Assembly: GCA_937874195.1 (NCBI GenBank)
Contig: CALNBM010000066.1
Coordinates: forward strand, 1 to 62,594
DNA from: an uncultured Clostridia bacterium
Lineage (GTDB): Bacteria > Bacillota > Clostridia > Christensenellales > UBA1242
DNA: 62,594 nucleotides
Direction of reading: 5' to 3'
Part shown: positions 53,437 to 62,542 of the stretch, piece by piece
Position numbering within the stretch: the stretch's first letter is position 1
Layout of the letters: every line of letters starts with the position of its first letter
The notes under the pieces: model-generated
The model's database searches: none
What the model saw: only the letters and a program-made list of their open reading frames with translations
What the model was told of the DNA's origin: nothing
Translations under genes and position numbers: made by a program

Positions 53437-53755
53437 AAACTTTGGCGGGGGAAATATGCAGAACTTAATGCGTCAAGCCCAAAAAATGCAAGAAGATATG
53501 CAAAACAAATTAAAAAATGCTGACGAAGAATTAGCGAAAACCACCATCACAACCACTGCTGGCGGAGGTATGGTGGAAGTGAATATGACTGGAAATAAAA
53601 AAATTACATCCATAAAAATAAGTAAGGAAGTTGTTGACCCTGAGGATATTGAAATGCTGGAAGATTTAATTATTGCAGGTGTAAACGATGCGATTATTAA
53701 AGCAACCGAACTAGAAAAAACCAAGAAAGACGGTATAACTGGAGGCTTATTTTAA
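53429..53755 (+). CDS. ybaB: Nucleoid-associated protein YbaB/EbfC
   Basis: 108 aa. GGGNMQNLMRQAQKMQEDMQ...GGGMVEVNMTGNKKITSIKI. Conserved dnaX-ybaB-recR order. Confidence 0.9.
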   Translation: MYKNFGGGNMQNLMRQAQKMQEDMQNKLKNADEELAKTTITTTAGGGMVEVNMTGNKKITSIKISKEVVDPEDIEMLEDLIIAGVNDAIIKATELEKTKKDGITGGLF

Positions 53756-53759
53756 ATCA

Positions 53760-54356
53760 ATGAACGACAATTCAAGCAGTATACAAAAACTAATAAATGC
53801 GTTTACCCTTCTTCCCGGAGTAGGACTAAAAACCGCTGAACGATATGCGTATAAAGTTATTTCATTATCAAGCGACGAAGTGGAGTTTTTTGCAAACAGT
53901 TTACTAAAAGCAAAACAAAACACTAAATTTTGTTCGGTCTGCGGAACTTTCACAGATAAACACACTTGTGATATTTGTATGAAAAGAAATTCCAAAATTT
54001 TATGTGTTGTTAAAGAGCCAAAGGATGTTGTGGCGTTAGAAAAAGCAAGGAATTTTAATGCATTATATCATGTTTTACACGGTACAATTAGTCCGCTTGA
54101 AAATAAGGGACCCAACGATATTAGGATTAAAGAATTAATAACTCGAATCAATGAAAATAAATTTGATGAAGTTATAATGGCAACCAATCCCGATGTCGAG
54201 GGAGAAGTTACCGCAAACTATATTGCAAAATTATTAACTCCGTTAGGCATTAAGGTAACCCGCATTGCACAAGGTATTCAAATGGGTAGTGATTTGCAAT
54301 ACGCCGATGAAGTAACACTTTCAAAAGCACTTGAAGATAGAAAAGTAATGAATTAA
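53760..54356 (+). CDS. recR: Recombination protein RecR
   Basis: 198 aa. LPGVGLKTAERYAY HhH, C4 zinc finger (CSVCGTFTDKHTCDIC), Toprim. Confidence 0.93.
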   Translation: MNDNSSSIQKLINAFTLLPGVGLKTAERYAYKVISLSSDEVEFFANSLLKAKQNTKFCSVCGTFTDKHTCDICMKRNSKILCVVKEPKDVVALEKARNFNALYHVLHGTISPLENKGPNDIRIKELITRINENKFDEVIMATNPDVEGEVTANYIAKLLTPLGIKVTRIAQGIQMGSDLQYADEVTLSKALEDRKVMN

Positions 54357-54388
54357 TTTATGTTTATTCAATAAATTTAAATAATAAG

Positions 54389-54702
54389 AGTTTGTAATCT
54401 CATTAAATATACTCACTAAAAAAATAAAAACGCAAGGCAATCATTAATTTCTATTCTTAAAAAAAGTGATACTGTCTAGCATCACTTTAATAGTTTGTAT
54501 CTCAGTAAATATCCTCGCTAAGAAATTGAAAACGCAAGGCAATTTATCAATGTTTTCTATTCTTAAAAAAAGTGATACTATCAGCATCACTTTAATAGTT
54601 TGTATCTCATTAAATATACTCACTAAGAAATTGAAAACGCAAGGCTATCTATCAATATTTTTTTTCTATTTTTAAGGTGATACTATCTAGCATCACTTTT
54701 TA
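54389..54702. repeat. Three tandem ~105-bp repeat units, each ending in an AGTGATAC...GCATCACT hairpin
   Basis: Units at 54389-54491, 54492-54596 and 54597-54702, about 85-90% identical by eye. Only the last hairpin is followed by a long T-run. The 69-aa ORF 54466..54675 is an artefact of the repeat. Confidence 0.85.
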
Positions 54703-55045
54703 TTTTTTTGTTAGTTTATTTAGGCTATAAACCATTTTAATTAATATCACTATCAAAAAATTGTTATAATTTTTAAATATAAAAAGAAATACTTTCCCTA
54801 TAATCTAATTTAAAAAAACTTTAAACAATCTAACTCACTTAAAAAAAATTTACACTCAAAAAAATCATGTTTGCGTGCATTTTTTTTAAAAAAGTAACAC
54901 GCACTGCACGATAGAAATAAAAAACGTCAAGCTTATTTCGTAGTGAAAGATATTAACAACAATAAAAATATTATTACAATTTTCGAAAAAGCATACGCCT
55001 ATGCGTAATTTGTAATGAGAAAAACATTAGTTTTATATGAAAAAT

Positions 55046-55095
55046 CCCACCTAAATGAAGTGAAACAATTATAGCAATCACTTCATTTAGGTGGG
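55046..55095. terminator. Long-stem terminator after the 164-aa membrane protein gene
   Basis: 18-bp perfect stem CCCACCTAAATGAAGTGA / TCACTTCATTTAGGTGGG with a 14-nt loop. T-rich on both sides. Confidence 0.7.
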
Positions 55096-55154
55096 GTTAT
55101 TTTATCTTTAGTATTATTTACTTTAATGGAAAATTGTTTGGCACCAATAAAAAA

Positions 55155-55649
55155 TTATTCTTTATTAGTTTTAAGTACTTTTTTAACGCCAAATAGGATT
55201 GGTGTTAAAGCGAAAACAACAATGTTTATAACTTGATTAACAATAACATTATAATGCTCAAAGTATGAAGGTTTAAACATAGGTGTGCCTTCAGCAAGAT
55301 CCATAAGTGTTTTTAGTTGTGCAAGATAATCGGATCCCGCAAGTATAGATAGTATGAAAGATACAAGTGCAAGAACACCGGATGCAATTAGGATATATGA
55401 TGCAATTAATTTTTTATCAAATATACTTAAAATTAATGAAACAGCAAGTCCTAAAAGTGCAATCATTAGTCCTAGGTTAGTCCAAAATGCGCCATTCATT
55501 GCAGATTGGAGATATTTTGGAAAACTTTCGAAAGTGTCTAACGAAGTAACGCCATAAGCATTTAAGAAATTTATTGTTGCAAAAACAAAACCCACTAATA
55601 AAACAACTGTGAGGATTATTTTAAATAAATTCTTTTTAATAAAATCCAT
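55155..55649 (-). CDS. Hypothetical integral membrane protein (164 aa, ~4 TM)
   Basis: GGAGGGG RBS region before the ATG. Four hydrophobic segments. I recognise no family. Confidence 0.6.
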   Translation of the reverse strand: MDFIKKNLFKIILTVVLLVGFVFATINFLNAYGVTSLDTFESFPKYLQSAMNGAFWTNLGLMIALLGLAVSLILSIFDKKLIASYILIASGVLALVSFILSILAGSDYLAQLKTLMDLAEGTPMFKPSYFEHYNVIVNQVINIVVFALTPILFGVKKVLKTNKE

Positions 55650-56110
55650 ATTCTTATTCCCCTCCTTTATTATTTACGCTAGCAATTACTACCGCATGAA
55701 TATAGTATATTAAAAATAGTTTGAAGTTCCAACTAAATTTTCATAAATACTCAAAATTCTTCAAAATATTTTGTTTTTATATTAAAATTCTTATTTTTGC
55801 ATTTATGTAATTTTATAAAATTTAATTTTAAAACTTTCTATTAATAGATAACAATTAAGCAAACTTATAAAGATAACCTAAAAGAGACTAGAATTTTAGG
55901 TGTTAAGTTGTTCAATAAAGGAAAGTAAATAAACAATTTTGTATCACCGTAAAAAAATTTTATAATGCAAACAAACTGCAATTTTGCTTTTTATAAAAAA
56001 AACGCTTTCCCATTTTATGGAAATAACCTTGTTGAAACTGTGTTATTATGATAATCTTATATTATAATTTGGACTTCTATGTATCAAGCTTATAAAGTTA
56101 AGGAGAAAAT

Positions 56111-59100
56111 ATGGAACAACAACAAGAAAAAGGAAATGAAAAATTTTTTATTGGACTAGATATTGGAACAGAATCGGTAGGATTTTCAGCAACCGACGGC
56201 AATTATAACTTGCTTAAAGTTGGTGGTAAGCCAATTATGGGCGTGCGTTTATTTGAGGAAGCAAAAACCTCTGCAGAACGCAGAATTTTTAGGGCCAACA
56301 AAGTAAGAAAAGATAGACAAAAACAAAGGACTATGCTATTGCAATCGTTATTTAATGATGAAATTAGCAAAATTGATCCTTTGTTTTTTATTAGATTAGA
56401 GGCAAGTTCTTTTTGGGAAGAAGACAAAAATAAAAGGAATAAAACCGATAAAAAATTAAGCGATTTAAATTCGCTATTTGCAGATAAAAAGTTTACAGAC
56501 GCTACATATTTTAAAAAGTTTAAAACGATATATCATTTAAGAGAACATTTAATGACCGAGAAAAATTGGACTGGTAAAACCAAGCCCGATATTCGCCTGT
56601 TGTATCTTGCTTGCCACCATATATTAAAAAGCAGAGGTCATTTTTTATGGAGTGCAGAAGAAATAAATTATTCTGTTCAAGGGCAGTCATCTTTTAAAAA
56701 ATTAAACGATTGTTTAGAAACAGCATTATCAAGTGAAGATGAAATAAATCCTATTCAACTAACTATACCTTCAAACTTTAATTCGCTATTAGTCGTTTTC
56801 CAAGCGAAATTAGGTTTAAAATCAAAACAAGAAGAACTTAAAAAAATTCTATTTGCTGATGCAAATAAAAAAAATAATAAGATAATCAACGCCATGTTAA
56901 AAGCAATAACAGGCGGGAACTTTAATTTAAACGATATTTTTGATGCGGAATTAGAAAAAGAAGAGTCCATATATTCATTTGATAACGATTGGGACGAAAT
57001 TGCATCGAAAATTACAAATGCATTAAACAACGATGATCAGTTTGCTGTTGTTGAAAGTTTAAAAGATGTATATGATTTTGGTCAATTAAATTTACTGTTG
57101 CAAGGTCATGCAAGTATTTCTTCTGCTATGATAAGTAAATTTAACGAGCATAAAGAAGATTTAGAAATACTAAAAAAATTTGTTAGAAAAGTTATTCCAC
57201 ATGAATATAATAAAATTTTCCGTTCAAACAAAGAATACGAAAAAACCACAAAATCAAAATTGGGAAATTATGCAAATTACATAGGTTCTAATTTAGTGGA
57301 CGGCAAAACCATTGTAAAAAAAGTTGAAAAAGCAGGATTTTATGAATTTTTGCTAAATGTTTTTGCGGATAATAAATTAATTGAAAGGGGCAAAGAATGG
57401 ACAATTACCACAACTAACTTAACAGAACAGCAATATGAAACGCTAGATAAAATTTTGAAAAAAATAAATCAAAGTTCGTATATGCTAAAAAGTCGAACCA
57501 AATACAACGCGATAATTCCTTATCAACTTCATAAATACGAACTAGAAACAATGCTTTCTAATGCGGAAAATCATTATGAGTTTTTAAAGAAAGTTGATAA
57601 CGATAAACATAGTACTTGCAAAACAGTTAAAGATAAAATCTTATCACTAATATCTTTTCGCGTGCCTTATTATGTTGGCAGGTTAAACAATCATAGTGAA
57701 GTGCGAAAGGGTATGCATGCATGGGTGGAAAAAAAGTTAAAAGGGGTGAAAATAACACCTTGGACATTTGATGCGGTGGTAGACAAAAATACAAGCGCAG
57801 AGAAATTTATAGAGCGCATGCTTTCAAAATGCACTTATTTGCCAACGGAACCAGTGTTGCCAAAATATTCGCTAGTGTATAGTGAGTTTTGCGTTTTAAA
57901 CGAACTTAATAAATTAAAAATTAGAGGCAACGATGTTACTGTTGAAATAAAACAAGGTATATTTAATAATTTATTTAAACAACAAAGAAATATTACCCCA
58001 ACCAAACTGCTAAATTATTTAAAGATAACTGACAACACCTTAACAAAAGAAGACTTGTCTGGTTTTGATAAAGAAGGAAAAGGTTTTAATTCCTCACTTT
58101 GTTCTTTAATCGACACTTCACCAATTATAGATGCATTACAAAAATCGCCTTATAATAAATCGCTAACCACTGCTCAAAAAATTATTGAAAAGGTTATACA
58201 GTGGCATGCTCTCTTTGAAGATAAAAAAATATTAGAATCGAAAATGGGAGAAGAATATCCCTTCTTAAAAGGCGATATAGCAAAACAATTAAAAAGCTTA
58301 AATTATTCAGGATTTGGTAATTTATCTAAGGAATTTTTAACAAGTGAAAAAGTTATTTGTAAAGACACTGGTGAACTCATATCGATTCTGCGTCTGCTTT
58401 GGGAAACAAACGAAAATTTGAATGAAATTATTTGGAATAAAAATTATAACATTCAAGAGTGGTTAGCAAAAGAAAATAACACTAGCGATAAAGAGTTTTC
58501 ATACGCTGATATTGCAGAAAGTTATGGCTCGCCAAGTGTTAAGCGTTCGGTTTGGGAAGCTATGAAAATTGTTGATGAAATAATTAGTTTTAATAATAAC
58601 TTAGTACCCGATAAGATTTTTATTGAAGTAACTCGCCGTGAAGATGAGAAACAGCGTTCAATCACAAGAAAAAAATACATTGAAGGTTGTTGGAAAAATG
58701 CTAAAACATTAAGCGCTCAAGTGATTAATGAACTAAAAAGCGAACTAGAAAGTAAGACAGACGCACAACTTAGGAGTGAAAAATTATTTTTGTATTTTAT
58801 GCAATGCGGAAGATGCGCTTATTCAGGCGAAAAGATTATGATAAGTGATCTTGCTAATAACAACCTATATGATATCGACCATATTATTCCGCAGTCACTA
58901 GTAAAAGATGATAGCATAAAAAACAAAGTTCTTGCTAAAAAATATTTAAACGGAAAAAAAGATAAAAATTATCCACTTTATAAAACAAATGAAATATGGA
59001 GCAGAAAAGACAGTTTGCTTCCTATGTGGCGAAGTTGGCAAAAGGCAGGATTAATATCACCAGAAAAGTTTAATCGCTTAACAAGAACTAATGATATAAC

Positions 59101-60580
59101 CGAACGCGAAATGGAAGGCTTTATCGCACGGCAATTAGTTTTCACAGGTCAAAGCGCAACGCTTACAGCAAGTTTATTTAAAAAGAAATTTAATTCTTAT
59201 GATAAACAACCGGAAATCGTTTATAGCAAAGCGGATAATGTGTCAGAATTTAGAAATAAAGTTGATATGGAAAAATGCAGAGAAGTAAACGATTTGCACC
59301 ATGCTCATGACGCCTATCTTAATATTGTTGTGGGCAATGTTTATAACGAAAGATTTAATCACAACAAAAATTTTTATAAAAGCCAAACCAATAAGTTTCA
59401 AGAATATAACACTAATCGTATGTTTGAATATAATGTTAAAAATGCTTGGGATATAGATTTAAACACCAAACCCAAAAGAAACGAATTTAGCGACGAAGAT
59501 AAGGAAAGTTATCAAAAAGCAGTTATATCTTGGTTGAAGAATCAAGAGATTGTTAAAAAGATTAAAAATGTTATTTCTAAAAACTATTATCCCGTAACTA
59601 AGAAATTGCTAGAAAATAAAGGTGCTTTTTATGACCAAACGCTTTATGGTGTTGAGATAAAACAAAAAGAAATTAAAAGAGGTAAAGTACTTTTAAAGAT
59701 TAAAGATACATCCTTGCCACTTAAAGGAAATGAAAATAATCCGCTAAGTAATATTCAACGCTATGGCTATTTCACAAGCGAAAATCCTGCATATTTTATA
59801 ATTGTAGAACACACTGTATCCAAGGGCACTGGAAAAAATAAAAAAGAAAATAGGGTAAGGCAATTTGTTACCCTTCCTTTAATTAAACAAAAGCAATGGG
59901 AAAGAGAGTTTTCGCTTGTTAAAAGTAAAATAGATAAAGAAAATTTTTTTAATGAAAAACTAACAAATTATCTAATTGCGGAAAACGGATTTAAAGATTT
60001 AACTATTGTTTTGCCAAAAGTATATAAATATACCCTATTTGAAGAAAGTGGGACACCAATGCGAATAAGTGGACTTAAAGATAGGCAAAACGCAGTGCAA
60101 TGGTATGTTGATGACAAAACTATAAGTTATGTAAGGGTAATCTATAAATACGCAGAACTTGTTAAAAAAGGTGTGTTGAAAGAAGATGATTATAAAAATC
60201 AATCAACTATTATTGTTTCAGCAAAGAAAAACGGATTACCGCTTAGTATAACACTAGATAAAAATAAAGACTTATTTGTAATCATTAAAAGTCAACTGGA
60301 AAAAGACATTTATAAAGGTAATTCTGCGCTCTATAAGAAATTAGACCAAGATAATGAACAAAAATTTAACAAACTAGATATTGTTAATCAAGTAAAAATC
60401 TTAACTGAACTAATTAGAGCACTCGCTTGCAATGCGCAAAGAGGCGATATCAAGAGTATTGGTGGACACTCTGCGTTTGGCAGATTGGTAAATAGTGACA
60501 AAATTGAAAATGATTTAGTGCTAATTGAAGAATCTATAACAGGACTTAAAACCAAACACACACGCATATATCCCTTTTAA
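56111..60580 (+). CDS. cas9: Type II-A CRISPR nuclease Cas9 (1489 aa)
   Basis: RuvC-I IGLDIGTESVG (D17). Arg-rich bridge helix RRIFRANKVRKDRQKQR. RuvC-II IFIEVTR (E839). HNH YDIDHIIPQSLVKDDSIKNKVL...LNGKK (H924, N938, N947). RuvC-III NDLHHAHDAYLN (H1063/H1066/D1067). AAGGAG RBS. Confidence 0.95.
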   Translation: MEQQQEKGNEKFFIGLDIGTESVGFSATDGNYNLLKVGGKPIMGVRLFEEAKTSAERRIFRANKVRKDRQKQRTMLLQSLFNDEISKIDPLFFIRLEASSFWEEDKNKRNKTDKKLSDLNSLFADKKFTDATYFKKFKTIYHLREHLMTEKNWTGKTKPDIRLLYLACHHILKSRGHFLWSAEEINYSVQGQSSFKKLNDCLETALSSEDEINPIQLTIPSNFNSLLVVFQAKLGLKSKQEELKKILFADANKKNNKIINAMLKAITGGNFNLNDIFDAELEKEESIYSFDNDWDEIASKITNALNNDDQFAVVESLKDVYDFGQLNLLLQGHASISSAMISKFNEHKEDLEILKKFVRKVIPHEYNKIFRSNKEYEKTTKSKLGNYANYIGSNLVDGKTIVKKVEKAGFYEFLLNVFADNKLIERGKEWTITTTNLTEQQYETLDKILKKINQSSYMLKSRTKYNAIIPYQLHKYELETMLSNAENHYEFLKKVDNDKHSTCKTVKDKILSLISFRVPYYVGRLNNHSEVRKGMHAWVEKKLKGVKITPWTFDAVVDKNTSAEKFIERMLSKCTYLPTEPVLPKYSLVYSEFCVLNELNKLKIRGNDVTVEIKQGIFNNLFKQQRNITPTKLLNYLKITDNTLTKEDLSGFDKEGKGFNSSLCSLIDTSPIIDALQKSPYNKSLTTAQKIIEKVIQWHALFEDKKILESKMGEEYPFLKGDIAKQLKSLNYSGFGNLSKEFLTSEKVICKDTGELISILRLLWETNENLNEIIWNKNYNIQEWLAKENNTSDKEFSYADIAESYGSPSVKRSVWEAMKIVDEIISFNNNLVPDKIFIEVTRREDEKQRSITRKKYIEGCWKNAKTLSAQVINELKSELESKTDAQLRSEKLFLYFMQCGRCAYSGEKIMISDLANNNLYDIDHIIPQSLVKDDSIKNKVLAKKYLNGKKDKNYPLYKTNEIWSRKDSLLPMWRSWQKAGLISPEKFNRLTRTNDITEREMEGFIARQLVFTGQSATLTASLFKKKFNSYDKQPEIVYSKADNVSEFRNKVDMEKCREVNDLHHAHDAYLNIVVGNVYNERFNHNKNFYKSQTNKFQEYNTNRMFEYNVKNAWDIDLNTKPKRNEFSDEDKESYQKAVISWLKNQEIVKKIKNVISKNYYPVTKKLLENKGAFYDQTLYGVEIKQKEIKRGKVLLKIKDTSLPLKGNENNPLSNIQRYGYFTSENPAYFIIVEHTVSKGTGKNKKENRVRQFVTLPLIKQKQWEREFSLVKSKIDKENFFNEKLTNYLIAENGFKDLTIVLPKVYKYTLFEESGTPMRISGLKDRQNAVQWYVDDKTISYVRVIYKYAELVKKGVLKEDDYKNQSTIIVSAKKNGLPLSITLDKNKDLFVIIKSQLEKDIYKGNSALYKKLDQDNEQKFNKLDIVNQVKILTELIRALACNAQRGDIKSIGGHSAFGRLVNSDKIENDLVLIEESITGLKTKHTRIYPF

Positions 60581-60591
60581 GTGAGACTATT

Positions 60592-61458
60592 ATGGCTTTT
60601 AGAACGGTAGTGGTTAAAACTCGAGCAAAAATAGAAACTCGACTAGGATATTTAGTTATTCGTAGCGATGAAGATAGTTGGATTTTTATAAATGAAATAA
60701 ACACTTTAATTATTGAAAGTGCAAGTACAGTTATAACTTGTCAAGCATTGTTAGAGCTTTCCAAGAATAATGTAAATGTAGTTTTTTGCAATGAAAAACA
60801 TTTACCTTATGGACAATTAATGCTTTTTAACGCAAACTTCAACACTAGTGGAAATATTAAAAGTCAAACACTTTGGGAGCAGGAGCGAAAAGAAAGTCTT
60901 TGGCAACAAATAATTTATCAAAAATTATTTTGGCAAGAAAAAGTTTTGTTAAAGCATGGGAAAACCAGTGCCGCTAATATAATAAATGAATATATTTACC
61001 AAATACTCCCCAACGATAAAACTAATCGAGAAGGTCATGCTGCTAAGGTTTATTTTAATGCTTTATTTGGCATGAATTTTTCACGCCGTGATGAAAATAT
61101 AGAAAAAAATTCGGCATTAAATTATGCTTATGCAATTCTAATGAGTGCGGTTGCAAGAGAAATATCTGCATGCGGATATAGCAACCACATAGGAATTTGG
61201 CATGACAATCAATTTAACGACTATAACTTGGCATGTGATTTAATGGAGCCTTTTCGCCCCATTATAGATGATTTTGTTCTTTCGATTAACACTGATGATT
61301 TTAAAACAGAAGCGAGTAAAATTCTTTCTATTAAACTTAAAATTGGTAAACGAGAATTTTATTTGGATAGTGCTATTGAATTATTTGTTAGGTCCGCAAG
61401 TAGATATATGAAAAAAGAAGTGGAGGAAATTATTAAAATAGAAGGATATGAAATATAG
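60592..61458 (+). CDS. cas1: CRISPR integrase Cas1 (type II)
   Basis: 288 aa. MAFRTVVVKTRAKIETRLGYLVIR N-terminus, ALNYAYAIL, IGIWHDNQFNDYNLACDLMEPFRP catalytic region. Confidence 0.93.
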   Translation: MAFRTVVVKTRAKIETRLGYLVIRSDEDSWIFINEINTLIIESASTVITCQALLELSKNNVNVVFCNEKHLPYGQLMLFNANFNTSGNIKSQTLWEQERKESLWQQIIYQKLFWQEKVLLKHGKTSAANIINEYIYQILPNDKTNREGHAAKVYFNALFGMNFSRRDENIEKNSALNYAYAILMSAVAREISACGYSNHIGIWHDNQFNDYNLACDLMEPFRPIIDDFVLSINTDDFKTEASKILSIKLKIGKREFYLDSAIELFVRSASRYMKKEVEEIIKIEGYEI

Positions 61459-61768
61459 ATTTATGAGAGTTATGGTGATGTTTGATCTTCCAACAATAAC
61501 GATTAAAGATGAACAGAATTATCGCAGGTTTCATAATTTTTTAATTAAAAATGGCTTTATTATGCAACAATATTCTGTTTATTCAAAATTAGTATTAAAT
61601 AGAACACAAGCGGATAGCATTAAAAGAATACTAAGGTCAAAAGTTCCTGAGAAGGGGCTTGTTCAATGCTTTGACTTAACAGAAAAACAATATGCAAATA
61701 TTGAATATATGGCAGGTGTAGGACAGTCTAAAATTTTAAGTAACGATAAACGGTGGGTGGAAGTATGA
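61448..61768 (+). CDS. cas2: CRISPR adaptation protein Cas2
   Basis: 106 aa. MKYRFMRVMVMFDLP ferredoxin-like start, QYSVYSK. Overlaps cas1 by 11 nt. Confidence 0.9.
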   Translation: MKYRFMRVMVMFDLPTITIKDEQNYRRFHNFLIKNGFIMQQYSVYSKLVLNRTQADSIKRILRSKVPEKGLVQCFDLTEKQYANIEYMAGVGQSKILSNDKRWVEV

Positions 61769-62457
61769 TTATTTTTAAGCATAATGAGTGGAAAAATCAA
61801 TTAAATCTAATATCAAACAAGTTTTCAATTCTATGTGTGGAAAATAAACAAAAACTTTATAAATACACAACTGAACTGTTGTATGCTTGCGATGGAGAAG
61901 AACATGATTGGAGTTTAACAACGGAAGGTTTTAAACAATTAAATTTTGAAAAAACCTGTGTGGTTGTAACCGATTTAATATCATTTACTTTAAATTCCAA
62001 AAGGTTGGTAGGTGCATTATATAAAAAATGTGCTGCTGAAGCTTCCGCCATTGAATATGAATATAAGTTTAAAGAAAATATTTCTAACCTTTACTTTTTA
62101 TGTAAAGAAATAAGTGAAGATATAGGCTACGATTGCATTTTGGATGAAAATTATGAGTTGGTTGACGCTTTTAAATTATTTAAGTTAGAAGTAAAAGAAA
62201 AATATAGCACTCTTGTCGAAAAGTTAATTGCTTTTGTTAATATAAATATAGAATTATTAAAAACTAAAGTTTTTGTATTTATATTTTTATGTAAGTATTT
62301 GTCTAATGAACAATTAAAACAATTTATGCAACATTGCCAAGTGCAAGATGTTGCAGTATGTTTACTGGAAGAAAACATTCCAAGTATAGCCCGTGAGTAT
62401 GATTTTAATATATTAAGAATAGATGACGACTTATGCGAGTTTACTCATTTGAGTTGA
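61765..62457 (+). CDS. csn2: Type II-A signature protein Csn2
   Basis: 230 aa from the ATG at 61765 (ATGA overlap with the cas2 stop; the ORF track opens at GTG 61753). Its size and its position as the fourth gene before the array fit short-form Csn2. Sequence similarity could not be checked. Confidence 0.75.
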   Translation: MIIFKHNEWKNQLNLISNKFSILCVENKQKLYKYTTELLYACDGEEHDWSLTTEGFKQLNFEKTCVVVTDLISFTLNSKRLVGALYKKCAAEASAIEYEYKFKENISNLYFLCKEISEDIGYDCILDENYELVDAFKLFKLEVKEKYSTLVEKLIAFVNINIELLKTKVFVFIFLCKYLSNEQLKQFMQHCQVQDVAVCLLEENIPSIAREYDFNILRIDDDLCEFTHLS

Positions 62458-62520
62458 TAAAAGTCATAATTTGTGCTAAATTATAAGAGTAGTGTATTCT
62501 AAATTACATTATCTTAAGGT
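62430..62520 (-). ncRNA. Candidate tracrRNA (anti-repeat, nexus-like hairpin, UUAUCAAC, second hairpin); ends uncertain
   Basis: Plus strand 62481-62518 is a degenerate copy of the CRISPR repeat (AGAGTAGTGTA identical at 62486-62496 vs 62548-62558; TCTTAA near the end). Its minus-strand transcript can therefore pair with the crRNA repeat. Directly 3' on the minus strand come hairpin ATAATTT-AGCAC-AAATTAT (62484-62466), then GACUUUUAUCAACU, then hairpin ACTCA-AA-TGAGT (62454-62443). No clear promoter or U-tract. Confidence 0.4.
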
Positions 62521-62542
62521 ATGCCTCTTTTTAGAATTTGAG
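62454..62542 (+). promoter_or_regulatory. CRISPR leader with a putative promoter and leader-end ATTTGAG
   Basis: TTGATA (62454-62459), 17-nt spacer, TGcTAAATT extended -10 (62474-62482). The leader ends ...GAATTTGAG immediately before the first repeat. Confidence 0.55.

Noticed and set aside
54466-54675. 69-aa ORF with internally repeated sequence (ITLIVCIS...KKLKTQG twice).
   Set aside because: The repetition simply mirrors the 105-bp tandem DNA repeats. There is no RBS, and the ORF spans hairpin and terminator elements.
55877-55900. Repeat-like string CCTAAAAGAGACTAGAATTTTAGG upstream of cas9, considered as a tracrRNA anti-repeat (the position used in S. pyogenes).
   Set aside because: Only patchy complementarity to the repeat: about 8 bp with a bulge, plus 6 bp. 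The downstream sequence lacks a convincing nexus and hairpin series. The element at 62481-62518 matches much better.
62481-62518. Reading the repeat-like element as a first, degenerate CRISPR repeat.
   Set aside because: It is 38 rather than 36 nt, and the sequence between it and the true repeat is only 24 nt, too short for a II-A spacer. Degenerate repeats are also normally at the trailer end, not the leader end. Not fully excluded; see the tracrRNA finding.
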